Of a stretch of DNA of 61,321 nt, positions 52,062-60,511 are shown piece by piece. The first letter of the stretch is position 1. Each line of letters starts with the position of its first letter. The position numbers and the translations under genes were made by a program. Location of the stretch: assembly GCA_041482195.1 (NCBI GenBank), contig JBGPDH010000001.1:1-61321 (forward strand), written 5' to 3'. Below the pieces are notes generated by a model. That model was given only the letters and a program-made list of their open reading frames with translations, was not told where the DNA came from and ran no database searches. The stretch comes from Verrucomicrobiia bacterium. Lineage in GTDB: Bacteria; Verrucomicrobiota; Verrucomicrobiia; Limisphaerales; UBA11358.

Positions 52062-52142
52062 CAATTCGTTAAACCGTTAAATCGGCTACCTTCAAGAGTG
52101 AGCTTCAGTTTAACGATTCAACCATTTAACGATTTAACGGAA
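52062..52142. repeat. Phased TTAAACG/CGTTAAA inverted repeat between the sigma and kinase genes
   Basis: CCGTTAAATCG (52074-52084) is perfectly complementary to CGATTTAACGG (52130-52140). Additional CGTTAAA/TTTAACG pairs flank it. Confidence 0.8.
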
Positions 52143-52192
52143 ACCTGTAACCTTTGGCCAATTCTTCCGTTGTATGGGGTGAAAGCAGAATT

Positions 52193-55100
52193 ATGGCCGA
52201 CAACAAAACATGTCCACATTGCGGAAAACCGGTTCCCCCCACGGCCCTGGGAGATCTTTGCCCCGAATGCATGCTCAAGGCCGGTCTGGCCACCCAGACC
52301 GAGGGACCGGGCGCAGCGGGTGAAGCCGCCGGCCCGCGATTCGTCCCGCCGCCGGTCGGAGAAATCGCCCGGCTCTTTCCGCAACTGGAAATTCTCCGCC
52401 TCATCGGCCAGGGCGGAATGGGGGCCGTTTACAAGGCGCGGCAACCGGCCCTCGACCGTTTTGTCGCACTGAAGGTGTTGCCGCCGTCAACGGCCGGTGA
52501 TCCGGGTTTTGCCGAGCGATTCAATCGGGAAGCGCGCGCCCTGGCCCGACTGAATCATCCCAACATTGTGGCGGTGCACGACTTCGGCAAAGCAGGCACA
52601 CTGCATTACCTGGTCATGGAGTTTGTAGATGGCGCAAACCTGCGCGAGGTGGAACGGCTCGGAGAATTAACGCCGGAACAGGCCCTGGCCATCGTGCCGC
52701 AAATCTGCGAGGCGCTCCAATTTGCCCACAACGAAGGAATCGTCCACCGCGACATCAAGCCGGAAAATCTTCTATTGGACAAAAAAGGCCGGGTGAAAAT
52801 CACCGACTTCGGCATCGCCAAGATGGTTGGCGTCGGCGCGAGCCCGCAGAATCTCACGGGGGCGAAGGACGTGGTGGGCACGCCGCATTACATGGCACCG
52901 GAGCAGATTGAAAAACCGCTGTCAGTGGACCATCGCGCGGACATCTATTCGCTCGGCGTCGTGTTCTACGAAATGCTCACCGGCGAACTGCCGCTGGGAA
53001 AATTCCAACCACCATCAAAGAAAGTTCAGATTGATGTGCGGCTGGATGAAGTGGTCCTGCACGCGCTGGAAAAGGAGCCGAATCGTCGTTACCAGCAGGC
53101 CAGCCAGGTCAAGACCGCCGTGGAGACGATCGTGACGACTCCAACCGGGGCAGGTCCCGTGTACCAAACGGAAGCAGTCACAACGGCGGCGCAGATCGAA
53201 GCGGTTCGCCAGCGCCTGAAAATTCCGGCACGCGGTTTGATTGCGGCCGGTGTGCTGCAAGTGCTTTTTGCCTTGGGGTTGCTGGTTGTCGCGATGCCGG
53301 CCATAGCCAGTGAGGGGGGCGGATTGGCCGGGTATGGCGCGGTCGGTTTCGGAGCCGCTTTGCTTGTGGTCGTGGCCTCGATCGTCTTCCTGGGCGCCAA
53401 CTCCATGAAGAAGTTGCGGAATTATCCGTTCAGCGTAGCCACGGGGATTGTGGCAGCCGTCACCGGACCGGCCGCAATTCTTGGCCTGCCTTTTGGCATT
53501 TGGGCGTTGGTGATTTTATTCCGTCGCGATGTGCGCGCGGCATTCGAGGCGAATCGTCTAGCAGGAAATAAAGTAACCCTGCTATCCGATGAAAATCAGG
53601 GCCGGTTCATGTCGTCTGCCGTATCACCATTTCGTCGCGGGGTATTGGCCGGTCTTTGGGTTTTCGTTCTGAGTGTCTTGGCGACCTCAATAATCACTTT
53701 TCTTCTGCCAAAAGCTTACGTCGGCGATGCACGGGTAAAAATAATCTCCGCTCCACCTTTACAAGATTACAACCCTTACCTCGTCCAGAATGAAATCCAA
53801 TTAATCCGTTCTATCGTGGTTCCCAAGGTTGCTGATGCTTTGAACCTATCCGAGCGATGGGGGAGGAGATTCGCGAACAGCCGAACCCTGACGCGCGACG
53901 AAACGTGGGGTTTGATGGAGCACAGCCTGGATATTGCGCCGGTCGGGAACACGATTTTGGTTGATGTGCGCTTTTACAGCCAATTCCCAAGGGAAGCGGC
54001 CGAGATCGCCAACAAAATTGCTGAAATTTACTGTACGCTTCCGCCGGGACATCGCGGAGAGATCGTGAGGCTGGCGGAACCCCCTTCCCGCCCCGTCAGA
54101 CCGAATGTTCCGCTGAACATTTTAATCGGTGTCGTAACGGGCGGCGTCATCGGCATTTTCACCGGCATAGCAACCGGATTGGTGTCTTTCTGGCGGAGAC
54201 GTCAGTTACCACCACCGGTTCACCAGCCCGATCGTTTCTGGCGGCGATTTGCCGTAACGGTGCTGGTCTTAATAATTTTAATTCCGGTTGCAATTACAGC
54301 CCTCCTCATCGTGCTTCAAATCGCCGCACAGTCTGTCATTAACCGATCAGCCGACAAACATAAACAGTCGATGAATGAACCGATCCGTTCCGACTACATC
54401 GGCCAAACCTGGTTTCCCCAGGGCGATTCGATTGAAATCACTTCGGTGGATCGAACGCCGGAAAAGATGGTGGTCAAAGGCCGTTACAACCTCGTCAGCC
54501 ACGATAACGCCTTGCTGGCACTCTATATCACTACTTCAACCAATAAGCCTGTTCCTGAAGACGCAAGCCAGCGGATGCAAATTTCGAAAGGACAGGGTGA
54601 TTTCGAATTGATTCATCCTTACCTTAAGAAAGCACTTCCGGGTTTGCCGCACGTTTCGATGTATGCCGACGGCCATCCCTTCGCCAGCCTCTATTTCGGC
54701 AACCAAGCCGAAGCACTGGAAGAAAGCAAGGCCGGTTGGGTCACAAATACGTCATCTGCTTCCACCCTCCAGTTTCGGCTTGTGCTTCCAACTGATTCAA
54801 CCGAACCGGCAGACTCGTTACCGTTGGCTTCCGGGCACGAGCGGCTTCAAATCTCGCGCGAGGTCCTGCTCGATGACTTCGCCATTGCTCAGGCTGGCGT
54901 GGATTTCAGCCCGGACGGAACGCGGAAGATCGAAATCTGTTTCACCGACACCGGCGCAAAAGAGTTTGAAGCCATTACGGCGACCAACATTGGACACCAA
55001 TTGGCGATTATCTTTCACGGCCGGGTACTGTCCGCCCCGGTGATTCAGTCGGTCATCACGGGAGGCCAATGTCAGGTAGATGGCTCAATGAATGCCAGCG

Positions 55101-55825
55101 AGATCGATCAAATCGTCGATTGCCTGAACCGGATTGCGACACCAACGGCCGAACCTCGGAATTTTTGTCCGGTTCACGAACAAATTCTCCCGTTCAATCC
55201 CCAACCGAAGGCCATGGTCAGCTGGCTGGATTTGGATTCGGGAGGGGTTTTTTTAACCAACCCAACGCTGGATTGGCAGAGCCGCTCCGGCCACGACTGG
55301 ATCCAAGCCCGTGGCCTGGATGTCGTCACGACCGAATCCGCCAAACATTTCCCGACCTTGTTGGGCATTGACCTGATCATCGCACCTGTGCCGACCAATG
55401 GATGGGATATTACAACTCCCGCCGATGTGATTCACAACTGGACACTGCTGCGGGAGGAGCCTCGGCAAATGCAGGTCTTTAGCGCCATGCCGGGGCAATT
55501 CGATACGTTTTTGTTTCAAACCCGGGAAGGCGGAAAAGGCATTCTGCAAATTCTCGGTTCTGCCGACAACCCGCCTGGCGTGAAGGTCCGCTATAAGCTG
55601 GTGCAGGCAACTAAATCCCGTGAAGCCATCGATCCGGCGACCGGCTTGCCTGTTCTTCTGCACAACCCGCGGACCGATCCCAGCACCGGACTCCCACTTC
55701 CTGCGGGCGCAACCAACATCGCCATCGATTCCGCCACCGGTCTGCCCCTGTCTCCCGGCGAAACCGGAGCCATTGACCCTGTTATTGGACTCCCCGTAGC
55801 TCCTGCCGCAACGAAGGGGCAATAA
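52193..55825 (+). CDS. Multidomain Hanks-type Ser/Thr kinase: zinc ribbon, kinase, polytopic TM, Wzz/PCP-like module, SecD-head-like domain, GLP-repeat tail
   Basis: CPHCGKPV ... CPECM. Kinase motifs GQGGMGAVY, VALK, HRDIKPENLL, DFG, YMAPE. PCP-like LPKAYVGDARVKI ... AAEIANKIAEIY ... PPSRPVRPNVPLNILIGVVTGGVIG. SecD-P1-like GHQLAIIFHGRVLSAPVIQSVITGGQCQVDG. Four D(P/S)xxGLP repeats at the C-terminus. Confidence 0.85.
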   Translation: MADNKTCPHCGKPVPPTALGDLCPECMLKAGLATQTEGPGAAGEAAGPRFVPPPVGEIARLFPQLEILRLIGQGGMGAVYKARQPALDRFVALKVLPPSTAGDPGFAERFNREARALARLNHPNIVAVHDFGKAGTLHYLVMEFVDGANLREVERLGELTPEQALAIVPQICEALQFAHNEGIVHRDIKPENLLLDKKGRVKITDFGIAKMVGVGASPQNLTGAKDVVGTPHYMAPEQIEKPLSVDHRADIYSLGVVFYEMLTGELPLGKFQPPSKKVQIDVRLDEVVLHALEKEPNRRYQQASQVKTAVETIVTTPTGAGPVYQTEAVTTAAQIEAVRQRLKIPARGLIAAGVLQVLFALGLLVVAMPAIASEGGGLAGYGAVGFGAALLVVVASIVFLGANSMKKLRNYPFSVATGIVAAVTGPAAILGLPFGIWALVILFRRDVRAAFEANRLAGNKVTLLSDENQGRFMSSAVSPFRRGVLAGLWVFVLSVLATSIITFLLPKAYVGDARVKIISAPPLQDYNPYLVQNEIQLIRSIVVPKVADALNLSERWGRRFANSRTLTRDETWGLMEHSLDIAPVGNTILVDVRFYSQFPREAAEIANKIAEIYCTLPPGHRGEIVRLAEPPSRPVRPNVPLNILIGVVTGGVIGIFTGIATGLVSFWRRRQLPPPVHQPDRFWRRFAVTVLVLIILIPVAITALLIVLQIAAQSVINRSADKHKQSMNEPIRSDYIGQTWFPQGDSIEITSVDRTPEKMVVKGRYNLVSHDNALLALYITTSTNKPVPEDASQRMQISKGQGDFELIHPYLKKALPGLPHVSMYADGHPFASLYFGNQAEALEESKAGWVTNTSSASTLQFRLVLPTDSTEPADSLPLASGHERLQISREVLLDDFAIAQAGVDFSPDGTRKIEICFTDTGAKEFEAITATNIGHQLAIIFHGRVLSAPVIQSVITGGQCQVDGSMNASEIDQIVDCLNRIATPTAEPRNFCPVHEQILPFNPQPKAMVSWLDLDSGGVFLTNPTLDWQSRSGHDWIQARGLDVVTTESAKHFPTLLGIDLIIAPVPTNGWDITTPADVIHNWTLLREEPRQMQVFSAMPGQFDTFLFQTREGGKGILQILGSADNPPGVKVRYKLVQATKSREAIDPATGLPVLLHNPRTDPSTGLPLPAGATNIAIDSATGLPLSPGETGAIDPVIGLPVAPAATKGQ

Positions 55826-55952
55826 ACACCTTCATCGCAGAAAAGTGGCCGGCAATGACTGTCTACGGCGATGGAAATAGATGGTCATTGGCGCGCAGCG
55901 GAGTATTACATCAAATGATTCAGTCAACTTAAATATAAACCAAAGAACGAGT

Positions 55953-56186
55953 ATGAAAGGTCCACTGCTGATTGCGTTTGTCACCGTCATCATCCTTCTG
56001 GCGGTCTGGGATGGCGTCTGGAAACTGATTGCCCTGTGGAAAAGCGCGCGCCACGACCAGTTGGCGTGGTTCATCTGCCTGGCCATCTTCAACACCGCCG
56101 GTATTTTGCCCATTCTTTACATTTTATTCTTTCAAAAAAATGGAACGCTATCACCGCCAATCCAGTATTCGAAGGGCGCAGCTTGA
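55953..56186 (+). CDS. Small two-TM membrane protein (DUF5652-like)
   Basis: MKGPLLIAFVTVIILLAVWDGVWKLIALWKSARHDQLAWFICLAIFNTAGILPILYILFF. The family name is from memory. Its stop codon lies inside the repeat at 56178-56190. Confidence 0.5.
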   Translation: MKGPLLIAFVTVIILLAVWDGVWKLIALWKSARHDQLAWFICLAIFNTAGILPILYILFFQKNGTLSPPIQYSKGAA

Positions 56187-56307
56187 CACTGCCCCCGATT
56201 CGGCCGCTGTAGTGGAGGAGCGCCGATCTACGATCCGGCGCCTTTCCGGGCAGTTTTTACCACCTGCCGGGTTGGAGACCGGCGCTCCAAGGCTAGTGTC
56301 AAGATGC
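56178..56307. mobile_element. MITE-like 130-nt element with 13-bp terminal inverted repeats
   Basis: GCAGCTTGACACT (56178-56190) versus AGTGTCAAGATGC (56295-56307) gives 12/13 complementary positions. The interior is made of GC hairpins. The right end matches 87-99 at the window start. No transposase is present. Confidence 0.55.
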
Positions 56308-56338
56308 GCCCATATTCGCAGAGAATGTAATTAAAAAG

Positions 56339-56367
56339 TTGACAGTTCGGCGTTATTTTGATAAAAA
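56339..56367 (+). promoter_or_regulatory. Sigma-70-like promoter candidate for the PEP-CTERM gene
   Basis: TTGACA - 17 nt - TAAAAA, about 70 nt upstream of the ATG at 56438. Confidence 0.35.
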
Positions 56368-56437
56368 ACGTCACGTCGGTTCGAAAGAACATCAATAATC
56401 GGGCAGATCGGATCTGCATAAAAACAAAGGGTTTACC

Positions 56438-57079
56438 ATGAAAGTAACCATAAAGACTATCGCTGGTTTGACGGGTCTTGCGGGACTCTTAATCGGATAT
56501 TCCGTATCAGCGGCCAACTTGATTCTCAATCCCGGATTCGAAACCGGTGATACGACCAGTTGGTCGGTGTTGGGTGCAAGCGATGGGTCTGCTTACGTTA
56601 ACGTGCAGTCGCCCAACAACGGCCCGTCAGCGCCTGGAACGTACGACGCGTATATGTACAATGTGATCCCGGCCGCCAATCTTGCGCTCCAACAGAGTAC
56701 AGCGCTGGGCGATGCCTCCCCAGGGTTGGTGAACTACTCATTTGATCTGAAGGTTGACAGTTCACTTAACGGTGGAGTGGTCTTCATTCATCTCTGGGAC
56801 ATCAATTCCACCGGCGGGGTGATCGATCAGGGACCGGGTCTGCTGGGCCCTTACTTCAATACCGGTTGGCAGACATATTCCGGTTCGTGGACCGCGCCGG
56901 CCAATGTAAATCACTTTGAAATCGAGTTTGATTGCACGACCGGCGCCGCCAGTGGCAGTGCCGAAGCCATTGAAGTTGACAATGTATCGCTGAGTCAGGT
57001 TCCCGAGCCGACGACCCTTGCTTTGGCGGCAATGGGGTTGCTTGGGGTCTGGACCTTTCGTCGCAGCCGGAAAGCCTGA
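56438..57079 (+). CDS. PEP-CTERM-anchored protein with a CBM4/9-like sugar-binding module
   Basis: Signal peptide, NLILNPGFETGDTTSWSV (CBM_4_9, PF02018-like opening), and C-terminal VPEPTTLALAAMGLLGVWTFRRSRKA (PEP motif, TM, basic tail). Confidence 0.88.
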   Translation: MKVTIKTIAGLTGLAGLLIGYSVSAANLILNPGFETGDTTSWSVLGASDGSAYVNVQSPNNGPSAPGTYDAYMYNVIPAANLALQQSTALGDASPGLVNYSFDLKVDSSLNGGVVFIHLWDINSTGGVIDQGPGLLGPYFNTGWQTYSGSWTAPANVNHFEIEFDCTTGAASGSAEAIEVDNVSLSQVPEPTTLALAAMGLLGVWTFRRSRKA

Positions 57080-57111
57080 GGCGCTTTGAAACCACTTAAC
57101 AGATGGCAACC

Positions 57112-57143
57112 AGAGCCTGTCATTACAGGCTCTTTGCTTTTTT
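57112..57143 (+). terminator. Rho-independent terminator
   Basis: AGAGCCTGT-catt-ACAGGCTCT followed by TTGCTTTTTT, 33 nt after the PEP-CTERM gene's stop codon. Confidence 0.75.
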
Positions 57144-57182
57144 CCCGACTACCCGTCGGGTGCAGTTGAGGTAACAACCACT

Positions 57183-60100
57183 ATGTATCCAATCGTTCGT
57201 GCAGCGCTCTGTCGGCGAGTCTTGGCGGGTGTCATGATGTTTATTCTTGGTACGGGCGTGGTCAACGCCCAGGTTCAGCTCCGGGTTCAGCCCGGAGTGC
57301 AGTTGAGCTGGCTCACGAACACGAAAGACACCTACCACCTGCAATGGTCGTCCAATCCCGTTGGTCTGTGGACGGATCTCATCGCGGTAACAGGCAATGG
57401 CACGACGAACACGGTTTTTGATCCCATCCCCGGCGGGACACGACTCTACCGGGTTTTGGACATTATTCCGGGTACCCCCGCAGTTCCTGGTAACCTGGTC
57501 ACGAATGGAGGGTTTGAAAACGGAAGCGGGGCCAACGCGAGTAATTGGTCCGTGGATACGGCTGTTGGCGGTCCGGTGTATGGAGTTCGCACGAACAACA
57601 ATCCGCACAGCGGTTCGTTTGACTTCCAGGTTTATCTGGCCAGCACCGGGGCCGGTCCAGTGGTTCAGTTTAACCAGTCCGGTATTCCCGTTACCGGGGG
57701 AACCACCTACCCGTTCACCTTCTACGCCAATGCCCTGACCGGCAGCGCGGGATATAACGCACAGTGGCGAATTCTGTGGAACGCCGGGGGAGACACCGGC
57801 TACCAAACTTTCAATCCTACAAACAACGCTTACGGCATGATCAGCAACTCCGTTACCACTCCCGCCGCCGCGACATCGGCGACGATCTACTTCCATTTTG
57901 CGGGCGCGGCGAGTCCGGGGGTGACATCCACGATTGACCTGGATGACGTCACACTCGGCAGCGGGAGTTCCAGTCCCGGAACCCCCGCAGTAACCAACAT
58001 TTTACAGCCAGCCACATTGCCGGTCGCACAAATCATTTGGCCGAGCATGTCGGGCATTTCGTATTATCCTGAATCGACCACCAACCTTGCCGCGGGGACC
58101 TGGACGACCAACTTCCCCATGGTCATGGGAGATGGCAGTACCAAGTCGTTCCTGACTCCGATGATTCAGAGCGTAACTTTTTTCCGTTTGCGAATCCCAC
58201 CGGTCGTTGTCCTGCCCCCGTCCAATCTGCAACAGGTTCCGTCGGGAACCACGAATGCCATCGGCCTGACCTGGAACGCCAGCACCTCGCCGGGTGTGAC
58301 CGGCTACAAAATCTTCTACGTTGAGACTAACAGCACGACGACTAATTCGGTCAACGTCGGCCTGGTCACCAGTACCGTGATCCCGGGATTGACTCCTGGC
58401 GATACGTATTCGGTATGGATTATTACCCTGAGCTCCAATGGTCCGAGTAATCCGTCCACCGCCATCCAGGTTCAGGTGACCAACAACAGCGGTGGCGTCG
58501 TGTGGTCAGACGAGTTCAACGGCTCTGCGGTCGATTCCGGCACATGGACTTATGACGTTGGCAATCAGGGTTGGGGCAATGGCCAATTGGAGTATGACAC
58601 CGCGCAACACGAGAATACTTACACGACGAATGGAAATCTGGTGATTGAGGCCGACCGCACGAATTATTGGGGGAACTCATTCACGTCCGCGCGCATTCGC
58701 ACCCAGGGACGATTCGCATTCAAGTACGGCACAATTGAAGCCCGCATCAAGATGCCGAATACAGCCAACGGCTTATGGCCGGCGTTTTGGATGATGGGCA
58801 ATAACGCCGGGGCCATCACCTGGCCAGGCTGTGGAGAAGTCGACATCGTCGAGTTGGGCTCCGCCGCCGGTATCGCTGCGGGGACTCAACAGAAACTGAT
58901 CGACTCAGCCGTGCATTACTCGAATGCCGCCGGGACCTATAGCAACTATGTTACCTGGGTGACGGCACCGGTTGACCTGAGCCTCGATTATCACCTTTAT
59001 AAGATGTCCTGGACGCCGACGACCATCACGTTTTATCTCGATGGTGCCGCCATCGGATCACTCGACATCACGGCGGATTATCTCAGCGAGTTTCATCAGC
59101 CGATGTTTCCGATCCTCAACATTGCCATCGGCGGCTATGACCCCTCGTACACCGGGGTGTACAGCCCCGGCGCCGTGACGGCGACGTTTCCGGCGAGGAT
59201 GTCTGTGGATTACATCCGGGTTACGGACAATGGGTATACGCAACTTTATTTCGGAGATAATTACGCGGAAAACGGCAGCTTTGGGGTTCTTACCGAAACC
59301 ACGCCAGTCAACGACTCCCTGACCTACAGAACCGGTTTGGAACCAAACTTTGCCTACGGAACCAATGCGGCCCTGTACATCTGGAACAACATGACCCCGA
59401 GCGCCAATCCGCCAGCTCCTTCCGAGGGAACCAACTCCTGGTCGTTCGATATCGCCGCCGGTAATTGGTTTGGCATGGGAGTTTTTCTGCCGAATTATCG
59501 CAATATGAAGAACTACTCCGACGGGTACCTTCACTTTGACATTCGCACCACCGCGGGGGACGCGACGCCCCTGCAAGTGGGAATCCAAAGTTGTGTGAGC
59601 GGACAATTGGCCGGTGATGCCGCCAACTTCTGGCTGCCGTTGGGAGCGGACCCGACATCGGAGTTCGGGTTTGCCCATGATGGCCAATGGCATTCGTTGA
59701 AAATCCCCTTAAACCGGTTCGCCAACGTCGATTTCCGCACAGTGAATCAGTTGTTCCAGATTTCAAGTGTCGTTAACCCGGCTTCGGCATTGAACCTGTC
59801 CATCGACAATGTCTGGTGGGAACCCAGCGCCACCCGGGTGAACCCTCAGAATGGAGATTTCGGGGTCTTCACCGAGACGCCGTCACACCAGAGCGCGGGT
59901 GCATTCGCCCTGGGTGTTCAAGGCAACTTTTTCGTCTGGGCGAACACAATGGTGCCCGCCACCCGACAGCCTTATGAGGGCACCAACGATATCAGTCTTG
60001 CCTCAGCCGGGGCCGGTTGGACGGGAATGGCCTTCACGCCGAACATTAAATACAATCTGACCGCCTTTAGTTACCCCGGCTGCAATCTGGAATTTACCAT

Positions 60101-60389
60101 GAAGACCACCTCCGGTACCCCGTTCATGATCGGCATGAAGAGCGGCAACCTCGATGGGGTTGGACAGAAATGGATCACATTTCCGGGACCGGGCAGCGAC
60201 CCATACGGATTCGTTCGGAACGGCCAGTGGCATGTGGTGGACATTCCAATGTCCGATTTCGGCCCGGAAGTTGATCTCTCCGCAGTCAGCCAGTTCTTTG
60301 AGATTTTGAGTCAGTCGGCGGCAATCTCTAATATCGAGCTGGACGATATCCACTTCACGAACGGCGGAGAGGCGTCACCACCCGACTGA
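57183..60389 (+). CDS. Secreted multidomain GH16 beta-glucanase (laminarinase-like)
   Basis: Signal peptide, two W...(Y/F)(Y/F)R modules, CBM4/9-like NLVTNGGFENGSGANASNWSV, and FN3. GH16 core VWSDEFNG ... LWPAFWMMG ... GEVDIVE (ExDxxE, nt 58833-58853). Then two tandem ~190-aa C-terminal modules. Confidence 0.88.
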   Translation: MYPIVRAALCRRVLAGVMMFILGTGVVNAQVQLRVQPGVQLSWLTNTKDTYHLQWSSNPVGLWTDLIAVTGNGTTNTVFDPIPGGTRLYRVLDIIPGTPAVPGNLVTNGGFENGSGANASNWSVDTAVGGPVYGVRTNNNPHSGSFDFQVYLASTGAGPVVQFNQSGIPVTGGTTYPFTFYANALTGSAGYNAQWRILWNAGGDTGYQTFNPTNNAYGMISNSVTTPAAATSATIYFHFAGAASPGVTSTIDLDDVTLGSGSSSPGTPAVTNILQPATLPVAQIIWPSMSGISYYPESTTNLAAGTWTTNFPMVMGDGSTKSFLTPMIQSVTFFRLRIPPVVVLPPSNLQQVPSGTTNAIGLTWNASTSPGVTGYKIFYVETNSTTTNSVNVGLVTSTVIPGLTPGDTYSVWIITLSSNGPSNPSTAIQVQVTNNSGGVVWSDEFNGSAVDSGTWTYDVGNQGWGNGQLEYDTAQHENTYTTNGNLVIEADRTNYWGNSFTSARIRTQGRFAFKYGTIEARIKMPNTANGLWPAFWMMGNNAGAITWPGCGEVDIVELGSAAGIAAGTQQKLIDSAVHYSNAAGTYSNYVTWVTAPVDLSLDYHLYKMSWTPTTITFYLDGAAIGSLDITADYLSEFHQPMFPILNIAIGGYDPSYTGVYSPGAVTATFPARMSVDYIRVTDNGYTQLYFGDNYAENGSFGVLTETTPVNDSLTYRTGLEPNFAYGTNAALYIWNNMTPSANPPAPSEGTNSWSFDIAAGNWFGMGVFLPNYRNMKNYSDGYLHFDIRTTAGDATPLQVGIQSCVSGQLAGDAANFWLPLGADPTSEFGFAHDGQWHSLKIPLNRFANVDFRTVNQLFQISSVVNPASALNLSIDNVWWEPSATRVNPQNGDFGVFTETPSHQSAGAFALGVQGNFFVWANTMVPATRQPYEGTNDISLASAGAGWTGMAFTPNIKYNLTAFSYPGCNLEFTMKTTSGTPFMIGMKSGNLDGVGQKWITFPGPGSDPYGFVRNGQWHVVDIPMSDFGPEVDLSAVSQFFEILSQSAAISNIELDDIHFTNGGEASPPD

Positions 60390-60511
60390 TAAATGGCGTC
60401 GCCCCCGCGGGACGATGACCGTCGGCATTTTGCCCATTCCTTATACCCTGCGCTTCCAAAAAGACGACGCGCCGACACCTGCGCCATAATCGTGAGGCGC
60501 CTGTCTCTCGC

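Noticed and set aside
55832-56113. 93-aa minus-strand ORF overlapping the small membrane-protein gene.
   Set aside because: The plus-strand reading gives a coherent two-TM protein with a recognisable WK..ALWK ... NT.GILPI pattern. The minus-strand product has no features.
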